In this document: piece after piece, positions 28,546-37,363 of the stretch
Layout of the letters: each line of letters starts with the position of its first letter
Position numbering within the stretch: position 1 is the stretch's first letter
Source of the DNA: Oscillospiraceae bacterium
GTDB taxonomy: Bacteria; Bacillota; Clostridia; Oscillospirales; Ruminococcaceae
Length of the DNA stretch: 64,000 bases
Assembly: GCA_035447605.1 (NCBI GenBank)
Contig: DAOTHJ010000006.1
Location: forward strand, 14,488-78,487
Direction of reading: 5' to 3'
The notes under the pieces: generated by a model
Databases searched by the model: none
Seen by the model: only the letters and a program-made list of their open reading frames with translations
What the model was told of the DNA's origin: nothing
Made by a program: the position numbers and the translations under genes

Positions 28546-29853
28546 TCAGTAGGTTGCAGCGATCTGCTCCACCTGAGTCTGCGCATCCGCAAGCGCCTGC
28601 TCCGGGGTCTTGGCCTGAGTCAGGGCGTTCTGAATCTCGACCTGCAAAACGGTGGAGAACTCGTTGTAATAGACGAAGGACGGACGGTTGTAAGCCATCG
28701 TGGATTGTTCGACCATCTCCGCGGCGGCCGGATGCTGGGCGAGAAGCTCCTCATCCTGATAGAGGTCTGCCCAGATCGGCAGAGAACCGCCCTCGATGGC
28801 CTGACGCTTCTGGATCTCTTTGCTGGCGAGGAAGGAGATGAACTCCCACGCCTCGTCCTTATGCTGGGAGGTGGAGGCGATCGCAAGGCCCATGGAGCCC
28901 GCGCAGGCGGCGGAACGGATGTCGCCGTGGCCCGGAATCAGCATGACGCCAACCTTATCGACGACCTGAGACTGCGTCGGATCGTTGAACTGGCCCCACG
29001 CGAAGCTCCAGTTGATGCAGAACGGGAGCCTGCCCTGAGAGAACAGCTCGATGGCGTTGCGGTCATCGGAAGTGATGGAGGCCGGATCGGTGGTCTTGGT
29101 GGTGTAGAGGCTGTCGACCATGAACTGCAGCGCCGCGACGTTTTCGGGCGTGTTGATGGTCGGGTTCATGTCCGCATCCTGAAGGCTGCCGCCGAACGCG
29201 CAGACGTAATCCATGTAGTAGCAGATCAGGCCCTCCGCTTGAGCCCATCCGTATGCGCTGCCGTACTCGCAGGCGCCGGAGGTCTGAAGCTGCTGGCAGA
29301 CCTGGTCATATTCTTCCCACGTCTCCGGAAGCTCGGTGATGCCGGCGTTCTCGAGAATTTCTTTGTTATAGTACATAAAGAACAGATCGTTGAACATCGG
29401 GAGCCCGTACATCTTGTCGTCGTAGCGGAGAATATCCATGCAGACGTCGAGGATTCCGGTCTTCATCTCGTCGGTGATGCGGTCGTCCACGCACTCGATG
29501 TAGCCGTTGGTGACGTATTCGGGCGTCCAGATGCAGTCGACGTCGACGACATCATAGGTGTCGGTGCCGGCGGCAAGGGCGGTGACCTCTTTCTGGTGCA
29601 GGGCGTCGTAGCCGACGGACTGGAAGTTGATTTTGATGCCGGGATGGGTTGCTTCAAATTCCGGAATCACAGAAGTGCGGAAGCCGGCAAAATCGTCGGA
29701 GGACAGGATGTTGATGGTGACAACATCGGCGTTCTCCGTGCCCGAAGTCTCGGCCTCAGGTGTGGATGAGCTCTCTTCCGTGGTGCCTGCGCATCCGCCG
29801 AAGCAAAGCGTCAGAGCAAGAACCAACGCAATGAGAGAAAGCAGTTTTTTCAC
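28546..29853 (-). CDS. ABC transporter extracellular solute-binding lipoprotein (family 1)
   Basis: Lipobox LTLCFGGCAG, 435 aa. First gene of the SBP-permease-permease-kinase-SIS operon. Confidence 0.85.
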   Translation of the reverse strand: MKKLLSLIALVLALTLCFGGCAGTTEESSSTPEAETSGTENADVVTINILSSDDFAGFRTSVIPEFEATHPGIKINFQSVGYDALHQKEVTALAAGTDTYDVVDVDCIWTPEYVTNGYIECVDDRITDEMKTGILDVCMDILRYDDKMYGLPMFNDLFFMYYNKEILENAGITELPETWEEYDQVCQQLQTSGACEYGSAYGWAQAEGLICYYMDYVCAFGGSLQDADMNPTINTPENVAALQFMVDSLYTTKTTDPASITSDDRNAIELFSQGRLPFCINWSFAWGQFNDPTQSQVVDKVGVMLIPGHGDIRSAACAGSMGLAIASTSQHKDEAWEFISFLASKEIQKRQAIEGGSLPIWADLYQDEELLAQHPAAAEMVEQSTMAYNRPSFVYYNEFSTVLQVEIQNALTQAKTPEQALADAQTQVEQIAATY

Positions 29854-30412
29854 AGTTTGACCCTCCTTGATGATAATTTGTTCGTAACTTATATTATTAT
29901 CATCCGGCCGGGAATCCGCCGCCTGCTCCCGGATTTCCTCTCTCTATCGGGCGCGCAATTCCGGGCCGATGATAAGAATATCGTTCCCCTGCCTTGCCTG
30001 TTTCCGCGGGCGTTTCCGCCGCGGAAGATCCCGCTGAGCCGTTCCTCTTTTCCCGGCGCCCGGCCTTGAAGCCCCGCCGGAGAAAAGACGGACATACCTA
30101 TTCTCCGGGCAGCGCCGTCCGCGCGGTCCGGAAATTCCGCATTTTTATAAAAAGCGTCTTTTAAATCCAACGTAAGTCTATCATGATGCGTCGGCACTGT
30201 CAATGAATTTCCGCGCCTCAAGCGTCCTTTTAGGCGAATTTTTAAGTGATTTTAGATGAAAATTCCATGTAAATTCCCGTCGAAATGTGCAAACAGCATG
30301 GTTTTCGGCCATGCCTGTGGCCCGGCCGTTTTCGCTTCGGCGGGGTTTGATTTTTTCGCGTTTTCGGGTATACTTTTTGACAGAACCTGTGTTTAAAAAG
30401 GAGGAGATCGTC

Positions 30413-30913
30413 TTGAGCACCGCCGCGGAACGTGTGACGCATGTGTTTGAGCCGGTTTACGATGAACGAAGCGCCGTGCTCGTGCTGGGGACGATGCCGT
30501 CTCCCGCGAGCCGCGCCCAGGGATTTTATTATTCCCATCCGCAGAACCGCTTCTGGCCGGTGATGGCGGCGCTCTTCGGCGAGCCGCGGCCGCAGACGCC
30601 GGAGGAAAAGACGAATTTTGTTTTGCGGCACCGGATCGCGCTCTGGGATACGCTCGCCGCCTGCGACATCACGGGCGCCGGCGACGCTTCGATCCGCAAG
30701 CCGGAGCCAAACGATCTCTCCCGCATTTTTGAAACGGCATCCATCCGGGCCGTCTTTACGACCGGGGCCGCCGCCCACGGCTTTTATCAAAAATATCAGG
30801 CCGCGAAATACCCCGTTCCAGAATTTTGCCTGCCCTCCACAAGCCCCGCAAACACGAAAATTTCTCTCGCCGGGCTGATCGAAAGCTATCAAAAAATAAG
30901 GAAATATCTATAA
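30413..30913 (+). CDS. DNA-deoxyinosine glycosylase (UDG family 6-like)
   Basis: ..LVLGTMPSPASRAQGFYYSHPQNRFWPVM.. and ..CLPSTSPAN.. TTG start 7 nt after an AAGGAGGAG SD. The longest ORF starts at 30287. Confidence 0.7.
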   Translation: MSTAAERVTHVFEPVYDERSAVLVLGTMPSPASRAQGFYYSHPQNRFWPVMAALFGEPRPQTPEEKTNFVLRHRIALWDTLAACDITGAGDASIRKPEPNDLSRIFETASIRAVFTTGAAAHGFYQKYQAAKYPVPEFCLPSTSPANTKISLAGLIESYQKIRKYL

Positions 30914-31045
30914 AAACGGCCTCGGAAAAAACTTGATATTTTTTCGGCAGAAAGAGAAGCCCCCGTGCTTCTCTTTTTTTGTATATTCACCGTCAGCTTC
31001 GAGCAAAATACGGATAAACGAGATTCAAAAAAGGTGGTCAAAAAT

Positions 31046-31843
31046 ATGAAAAATGATTCAGGAGAAAACGGGGGCTCCCGTTTTGTTGCCGGGAAAGGAT
31101 TTTATGTCGCTCTGGCGGTCTGCCTGCTGGGCGCGGCGGCTGCGGCGTGGATTTCGGTCGACCGCAGCTTAGAGTCCGCCAAAGATCAGGAGAACGTACC
31201 GATTGAAGAGACGGCCGAATCCTACGGTTTTGAAGAGACGAATGAAAACGCGGACCTCAACGAGCCGGACGAGCCGACCGAGGTCCCGGTCGACACCCCG
31301 CAGGAGGATATCCCCGTGGAGGCCGGCGACAATACGGTTGAGGTCGGGGAGCCTGTCGAGGAAGCAGCCGCCGCCGAAGAGGAGATCGTACAGGATCCCT
31401 CTGCGGAAGCCGGCATCTTCAGCGGCAAGACGACCTGGTCGCTGCCGGTGGAGGGTGACATCATCAACGACTTCAGCAACGGCGAACTGGTAAAGAACGA
31501 GACGCTGAACGAATGGCGCACCCATAACGGCATCGATATCGCCGCCGAAGTCGGCTCCGACATCCACGTCTGCGCGGACGGCACCGTCACGCGGATCTGG
31601 AGCGATCCGCTCTGGGGCGAATGCGTTCAGGTCGAACACGCGGACAGCGTCATCTCCGTCTACTGCGGCCTCACGGTGGATTCCATCGAGGTTGAGGAGG
31701 GCGATACCGTCGCCCGCGGCGATGTGCTGGGCACTCTCGGCGAGACAAACCTCGCGGAGATCGGCGCGGACAGCCATCTGCACTTCGTCATGAAGCAGGG
31801 CGACGCCTACGCGGATCCTTTGCAGCTCATGGGCATGGAATAA
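31046..31843 (+). CDS. M23 (LytM) metallopeptidase with N-terminal TM anchor and acidic linker
   Basis: HNGID (HxxxD) and SHLHF (HxH) motifs are intact. One TM helix, then an E/D/P-rich spacer. Confidence 0.8.
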   Translation: MKNDSGENGGSRFVAGKGFYVALAVCLLGAAAAAWISVDRSLESAKDQENVPIEETAESYGFEETNENADLNEPDEPTEVPVDTPQEDIPVEAGDNTVEVGEPVEEAAAAEEEIVQDPSAEAGIFSGKTTWSLPVEGDIINDFSNGELVKNETLNEWRTHNGIDIAAEVGSDIHVCADGTVTRIWSDPLWGECVQVEHADSVISVYCGLTVDSIEVEEGDTVARGDVLGTLGETNLAEIGADSHLHFVMKQGDAYADPLQLMGME

Positions 31844-31863
31844 CAGCCGTTTCACGCGCACCC

Positions 31864-31899
31864 GGCGGTACTCTTCGAAAGAGGAGCACCGCCTTTTTC
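31864..31899 (+). terminator. Intrinsic terminator
   Basis: ggcggtactcttc-gaaa-gaggagcaccgcc followed by TTTTT. Confidence 0.8.
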
Positions 31900-32009
31900 T
31901 CGTTTTATAATTTGTTTTTAGTTAATAGACAAATATCCGTGGGTTGTGCTATGATAAGAAAGTTTTCCGGTAAAACAGAACCGGTTGTTCAGGGAAGGGA
32001 GGCGGCGTT

Positions 32010-32516
32010 TTGAAAATGGAGAATCAGTTGGAACTGATCGGCCCGCAAAAGGCGGCCGCATTGGAAGAACTCCACAGCTGCAACGAAATGACCGCGCCGT
32101 TCGGGCTCTCCTTATCCGGCACGCAGATGTTGGCGCTTGTGGAAAACCGATTTCAGGCGCTGCAAAATACGGGCAGAGTGGAATTCGGAGAAGGCATCCT
32201 CAAAAAGTTGATTTACGCCTTCTGCGACTCCCCTTTTCTGACTCAGCAAAATTATGAGGAAACGATCTCCGATTTACAGGATATTTTTTATTTTTTTAAA
32301 AATGAATCTCTGGATCAGATTCCGGACGACGAATTGATCGACTATATGAAAAAAGTCTTCGACGGGCGGGCTCAGGGTTCCGTCGAGTATCTGGAAGGAA
32401 CCTCTCTGGAGGAGCTCTGCCGCTCCATGCGGGAAGGCTATGACGCACTCGGCAGGGGAGAGGATGAGAACGAAGACGAGGATGAAGACGATGACGAGGC
32501 GGGTGATCTGCTCTGA
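32010..32516 (+). CDS. Hypothetical protein with poly-acidic C-terminal tail
   Basis: 168 aa ORF, TTG start 7 nt after GGGAAGGGAGG. Ends ..GRGEDENEDEDEDDDEAGDLL. I cannot assign a family from memory. Confidence 0.55.
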   Translation: MKMENQLELIGPQKAAALEELHSCNEMTAPFGLSLSGTQMLALVENRFQALQNTGRVEFGEGILKKLIYAFCDSPFLTQQNYEETISDLQDIFYFFKNESLDQIPDDELIDYMKKVFDGRAQGSVEYLEGTSLEELCRSMREGYDALGRGEDENEDEDEDDDEAGDLL

Positions 32517-32596
32517 GTGAAAAAAATGCGCTGGCCCTGCCTCAGGATTTTTCCGCTCTCAGCACGCTCTCCGATGAGGAGGAGGCCGCCGTTCAG

Positions 32597-33427
32597 ATGA
32601 AGCTCTGGCGGCTGCTTGCCAAACAGACCGCCCGTTATACGATGGGAGACAGTTCCTCCGTCCCCGTGGAGACGGCGCAGGAGCTGCTTTCTTCCATCTG
32701 TTTTGTGATCGGCGAGGCGGCGGAGCGGGAGGAGGGATCCCTTGCCGGGCTTTCCGGCTCGGATCCGGATGCCCTTTTTGAACGAGGCCAGAAAGTGATT
32801 CAGAAAAAAATCACAGAGGGCCGGAAGCTCTGGACAAACGCCTGCCTGACCGCGCCGGAAATCCGCAGTCAGTCCTACCGGGATACGCTGCGGGAAATCG
32901 GGACCTTCTTTCGTCAATATGATTTTCGCTTTTTTGCTCACCAAATCCCGTGCAGCATCGATTATCAGCTCTGTCTCCCGGTGCCGGAGAACCTTTCCGG
33001 CATCCGCTACGTAAACGAATACCTGCGGCGGATTCTGATCGAAAACGGCGTTCTGCACTGCTTTGAAAAAGACCGCGTGATCCGGCTTCTGAAAAGCTGC
33101 TGCCCGGATTATGACGGCCTTCTGATCAACCTCTGCGAGCCGGTCATCACCAACGCGCTCGGGCTCACGCTGCTGGGCGAGGATCCCTGCAGCCTGCAAA
33201 TTGCCGATGAGCATCGGGAAACTCTGCTTGATCTTTTGCGTCCTCTTCCGAGGCTGAAGAGAAAAGCCGCGCTTGAGCACGCCGCGGAACAGCTATGCCG
33301 GTCTCTGCAAATCCGTGACCCGGCGGCAAAGGAATACCTCTCCCAAATCGCGGACGGAATCTGCCCCAGACTTTCTTCCGCCATAAAAGCGGGGGATCTT
33401 TCCGGCCTGTTCCCCTCTTTATGCTGA
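32597..33427 (+). CDS. Hypothetical protein
   Basis: 276 aa ORF with host-like codon usage and a GAGGAGGAGG SD upstream. Probably co-transcribed with 32010..32516. Confidence 0.55.
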   Translation: MKLWRLLAKQTARYTMGDSSSVPVETAQELLSSICFVIGEAAEREEGSLAGLSGSDPDALFERGQKVIQKKITEGRKLWTNACLTAPEIRSQSYRDTLREIGTFFRQYDFRFFAHQIPCSIDYQLCLPVPENLSGIRYVNEYLRRILIENGVLHCFEKDRVIRLLKSCCPDYDGLLINLCEPVITNALGLTLLGEDPCSLQIADEHRETLLDLLRPLPRLKRKAALEHAAEQLCRSLQIRDPAAKEYLSQIADGICPRLSSAIKAGDLSGLFPSLC

Positions 33428-33876
33428 TAAAAACGAGCCGCTTTCCATCCGTTTAAAGACCGAACGTCCTTCTGCCACCGATTGCCGACCATACCAAAGG
33501 AAGCGGCTCGCTGAGCGGCGGTAAACGGCGGTAAAAACCGCAGATCGTACGGCCGTAAAATGTGATTCCTTTTTATGCACTCCTTGCCGGGCAGAACCCA
33601 TTTCAGATGAGACGGCAAGTGTCTGAAAAAACACTTTTTTTCAAATCCACCTTGCCGAATAGAATTTCACCCGCCGAAAGCCGATTCCCGGAACGGCGGC
33701 AGATCAAAAAACATGCACTGCGCGGTATTTTTGCCGCGCAGTTTTTTTATTCCGGGAAATCCGTCTCTGTCTTCCTTTTGATGGTGCTTTTTTGTCCGCC
33801 GAAGTGACCCGCAAAACTTTTCTTTCCCCGCGCCCTGTGATAAAATGGAAGCGGAATGGAAGGGAGAGGATTCGCC

Positions 33877-36800
33877 ATGCTTCGACTCATCATTGGCACC
33901 GACAGCCGCGCCAGAAGGCGGGCTCTGTATCATCGCATCGCCGACGCGGGCGAGGGCGCTCTGCTGATCGTGCCGCGGCAGTTCTCCTTTGAGAGCGAAA
34001 AGCTGCTGGGGGCGTTTCTCGGCAGCGAAAAACGGAGTCTCGCCGAGGTATTGAGCTTTCCGAAGCTCTGCGAGCGCGTCTTTCACCAATATGGCGGATT
34101 TGCCGGCGACCACATCGACGATACCGGCCGGCTTCTGCTGATGAGCGCCGCCCTCTCCGAAACAGAAGGCGAGCTGCGCTTCTTCACAAAATCCGCAAAG
34201 GACGCGGCCTTCGCGGAGGAACTCGTGCAGGCGGACGGCGAGCTGCGCAAAGGCGGCGTCACCGGGGCCGATCTCGAAAAAATTGCCGAGGATCGCGCCG
34301 GCTCCGTGCTGGGCGAAAAATCCGCCGACCTCGCAAAAATTCTCTCCATTTATCGCGCGATGGTGAGCGCCGGCTACGCGGACGAGCTCGACGAAATTCC
34401 GCGCATTACGGCGATGCCGGAAACAAGGGACTTTTTCCGCAATAAAAGAATCTTTTTCGACAGCTTTAACCGCTTCAGCGCCACGGAGTCGCGTCTCGTC
34501 TCCCTGATGCTGGAGGCGGCGCCGGAGGTCACGGTCTCGCTCTGCTGCGACACGGTTTTCGACCGTCTTGCCGGCGCGGGGCCCTTCGCGGTCTGCCAAA
34601 AGACGGCCGCCCGCCTCCACCGCGCCGCCGAAGACGCCGGCATTCCGTCGTTTGTTGAGGACGCGGGTCTCTCTCCCGAAGGGGAGGTTGCCCCGGCCGT
34701 CCGGCATCTGGCGGAGCATTTTCTCCAGCCGGTTCCGGTGCCGTTCGTAGGAGATTTTTCCGGCACGGTGGAACTCTATCAGGCCGCGAACCCCTATGAG
34801 GAGGCCTCCTTTGTCGCCTCCTCCGTCCGGGAACTCGCGGAACAGGGGCATCGCTGGCGCGACATCTGCGTGATCGGGCGGGAGCTTTCCTCCTACGAAC
34901 ATCCGCTGGTCAACGCCTTCGAAAAGGCCGGCATCCCCTATTTTCTCGACCGGCGGGACGATGCGGCGGATCTGCCGCTGACCGCTTTTGCACTGGCGGC
35001 GCTCGAATGCTGCACGCGAAACTTCGAGGCAGCGTCGGTATTGCGCATGATGAAGACCGGGCTGCTGCCTTTCTCCGAGGAGGACGTGGCCGAATTTGAA
35101 AATTACTGCGAAATCTGGAGCATCCGTGGGCGGCTCTTTCTTCAGCCATTCGTCGCGAGTCCTTCCGGATTCGATCCGCCCGCCGAGGGCGACGGCGCGC
35201 TGCTCGATCTGCTGGAAGCCATGCGCCGACAGGTCATGGGGCCGCTGGAGGCGCTGAAAACCGGCCTCGACCGCTGTGACGGACGCCGTTTCTGCGACGA
35301 ATTTTTCCGTTTCCTCGATGCCTGCGACATCCCCGACGGTTTGCGCCGGCTTTCCGAAAACTATGAGGCGGCCGGAAAATTACAGGCCGCGGCCGAGCTC
35401 TCGACGCTCTGGGATTCCCTTGTGGCGCTGCTTGACCGTTTCTATACCGGCCTCGGCGGCGTCTCTCTCGGCCTTGCCAAAATGGCGAAGCTCTTTGCCA
35501 TGGCCGTCTCCGCGGCGGATCTCGGCGTCGTGCCGCAGACTGCCGACTGTGTGACCATCGGCACCGCGGACCGCCTGCGCCCGGTGGATTCCAAGGCCGT
35601 TTTTATCATCGGCCTCAACGACCGGGTCTTTCCCGCGCCGCTCGGCGCCGGCGGCCTTTTCAGCAGCGCGGAGAAAAAGGAGCTTGCGGAGATCGGCTTC
35701 GAGCTCTCCGATACGGAAGAAAATTTGCTCGCCGAGGAACGCAGCTACTCCTTTACGGCCTTCACCGCGCCTTCGGAGAAACTGGTCGTCTGCCGCAGCC
35801 GCTGGGACGTCAAGGGCGACGAGCTCGGGGAATCTTCATTTCTCGCGCGGCTCACCTCCCTCTTCCCCGGCCTCCGGTCGAAAAACGCCGCCGATTACGG
35901 CAAAGAATTCTTCCTGCGAACCGAGCGCAACGCTTTCGACGCGCTCACCGAGGCCGGTGAAGAGAGCGCATTCTCCGCCGCCCTGCGGGAATTCCTCTCC
36001 GCGCGCCCCGAATGGAAGGAAACCTGCGAAAGGCTCAAAACCGGCGTCGATCCCTCGCGCTTCGCGATCACGGAGACAGGCCTTGCCGACGCGCTTTTCG
36101 GCAAAAAGCTGCGCCTCTCCGCTTCAAAAATCGAGGCCTATGAGAGCTGCCCGTTCTCGTTTTTCGTGCAGAACGGCCTGCGGCTCAAAGAGCGCCGGAA
36201 AGCGGAACTTTCCCCGCTCGACACCGGCAATCTGATTCATTATATTTTGCAGGTCATGCTTCAGACCTACGGCGGCCGGGGACTCGCCGCGCTCTCCGAA
36301 AAGGAGCGCAAGGCGGAGGTGCTCAGGCTCTTGGAGGAATACCTCTCCGGCGTGCTCGGTGGCGAGGAAAACAAATCCGGGCGCTTTCTTTACCTATATT
36401 CCCGCCTCGCGGGGCACCTGACGCGGCTCTTTGCCCGGATCGCCGAGGAATTCCGGCAGTCCGAATTCGAGCCGGCGGGCTTTGAGGTGCCCGTCTCGGA
36501 GGAGGAGGGCGTGGAGCCTCTGCGCCTGCGCACGCCCGACGGCCGGACCGTGCTCGTCGAGGGACGCATCGACCGGGTGGACGTGCTCGAAAAGAACGGC
36601 AAGCGCTACGCCCGCGTGGTGGATTACAAATCCGGCACGAAGGCTTTCGATCTTTCGGACGTCTATTATGGCCTCAACATGCAGATGCTGATCTATCTGT
36701 TCTCGATCTGGCAGGACAAACGGAGCGAATTCGCCGGCGACACGCCCGCGGGCATCCTCTATATGCCGGCGAAGGATACCGCCCCCGCCGCGGAGCGCGC

Positions 36801-37200
36801 ATCCGCCGCCGACCCGTGCTCATCCGATGCCGCCCTGCGCTTTCGGATGAACGGCCTGCTGCTCGACGACTTCTCCGTGCTGAGTGCGATGGAGCCGGGC
36901 CTCGCGGGCGTCTATATTCCCGTCAAAATGAAGAATAACGGCTATGACACGGCTAATCTTGCCACCCTTGAGCAGTTCGGCGCCATACAAAGGCATGTTG
37001 CCTCCGTGCTCGCCTCCATGGCCGAAGAGCTCGGCGCCGGCAGAATTGAAGCTCTGCCGGTTGCGCGCGACGAAAAAAAGCAGTGCGAGCGCTGCCGTTT
37101 TCAGTCCGTCTGCCGGATGCCGGAGGACGGCCCCTGCGCAAAGCTCGGCAGACTGACGAAAAAAGAGTTCTTTGACGGCATCGGGGAGGACGGCGTATGA
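33877..37200 (+). CDS. addB: Helicase-nuclease AddAB, subunit AddB
   Basis: About 1107 aa. The C-terminal RecB-type nuclease domain has ..YESCPFSFF.. and the terminal C-x2-C-x5-C (CERCRFQSVC) Fe-S ligands. Start at MLRLIIG after GGAAGGGAGAGG. Confidence 0.9.
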   Translation: MLRLIIGTDSRARRRALYHRIADAGEGALLIVPRQFSFESEKLLGAFLGSEKRSLAEVLSFPKLCERVFHQYGGFAGDHIDDTGRLLLMSAALSETEGELRFFTKSAKDAAFAEELVQADGELRKGGVTGADLEKIAEDRAGSVLGEKSADLAKILSIYRAMVSAGYADELDEIPRITAMPETRDFFRNKRIFFDSFNRFSATESRLVSLMLEAAPEVTVSLCCDTVFDRLAGAGPFAVCQKTAARLHRAAEDAGIPSFVEDAGLSPEGEVAPAVRHLAEHFLQPVPVPFVGDFSGTVELYQAANPYEEASFVASSVRELAEQGHRWRDICVIGRELSSYEHPLVNAFEKAGIPYFLDRRDDAADLPLTAFALAALECCTRNFEAASVLRMMKTGLLPFSEEDVAEFENYCEIWSIRGRLFLQPFVASPSGFDPPAEGDGALLDLLEAMRRQVMGPLEALKTGLDRCDGRRFCDEFFRFLDACDIPDGLRRLSENYEAAGKLQAAAELSTLWDSLVALLDRFYTGLGGVSLGLAKMAKLFAMAVSAADLGVVPQTADCVTIGTADRLRPVDSKAVFIIGLNDRVFPAPLGAGGLFSSAEKKELAEIGFELSDTEENLLAEERSYSFTAFTAPSEKLVVCRSRWDVKGDELGESSFLARLTSLFPGLRSKNAADYGKEFFLRTERNAFDALTEAGEESAFSAALREFLSARPEWKETCERLKTGVDPSRFAITETGLADALFGKKLRLSASKIEAYESCPFSFFVQNGLRLKERRKAELSPLDTGNLIHYILQVMLQTYGGRGLAALSEKERKAEVLRLLEEYLSGVLGGEENKSGRFLYLYSRLAGHLTRLFARIAEEFRQSEFEPAGFEVPVSEEEGVEPLRLRTPDGRTVLVEGRIDRVDVLEKNGKRYARVVDYKSGTKAFDLSDVYYGLNMQMLIYLFSIWQDKRSEFAGDTPAGILYMPAKDTAPAAERASAADPCSSDAALRFRMNGLLLDDFSVLSAMEPGLAGVYIPVKMKNNGYDTANLATLEQFGAIQRHVASVLASMAEELGAGRIEALPVARDEKKQCERCRFQSVCRMPEDGPCAKLGRLTKKEFFDGIGEDGV

Positions 37201-37363
37201 GCGGAATGAAAACCCTCCCTGCCGCGCGCGACGAAAAAAAGCAGTGCGAGCGCTGCCGCTTTCAGTCCGTCTGCCGGATGCCGGAGGACGGGCCCTGCGC
37301 AAAGCTCGGCAGACTGACGAAAAAAGAGTTCTTTGACGGCATCGGGGAGGACGGCGTATGAGC
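37045..37363 (+). repeat. Tandem duplication (offset 161 nt) of the addB 3' end plus the addB/addA ATGA junction
   Basis: Core 37063-37202 against 37224-37363 shows 2 substitutions by my alignment. The 5' edge (37045-37062 against 37206-37223) aligns in frame but is diverged. Confidence 0.9.
37197..37361 (+). CDS. 54-codon micro-ORF: AddB C-terminal module duplicate (coding status unknown)
   Basis: MSGMKTLPAARDEKKQCERCRFQSVCRMPEDGPCAKLGRLTKKEFFDGIGEDGV*. Its start overlaps the addB stop (ATGA) and its stop overlaps the addA start (ATGA). Confidence 0.35.
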   Translation: MSGMKTLPAARDEKKQCERCRFQSVCRMPEDGPCAKLGRLTKKEFFDGIGEDGV

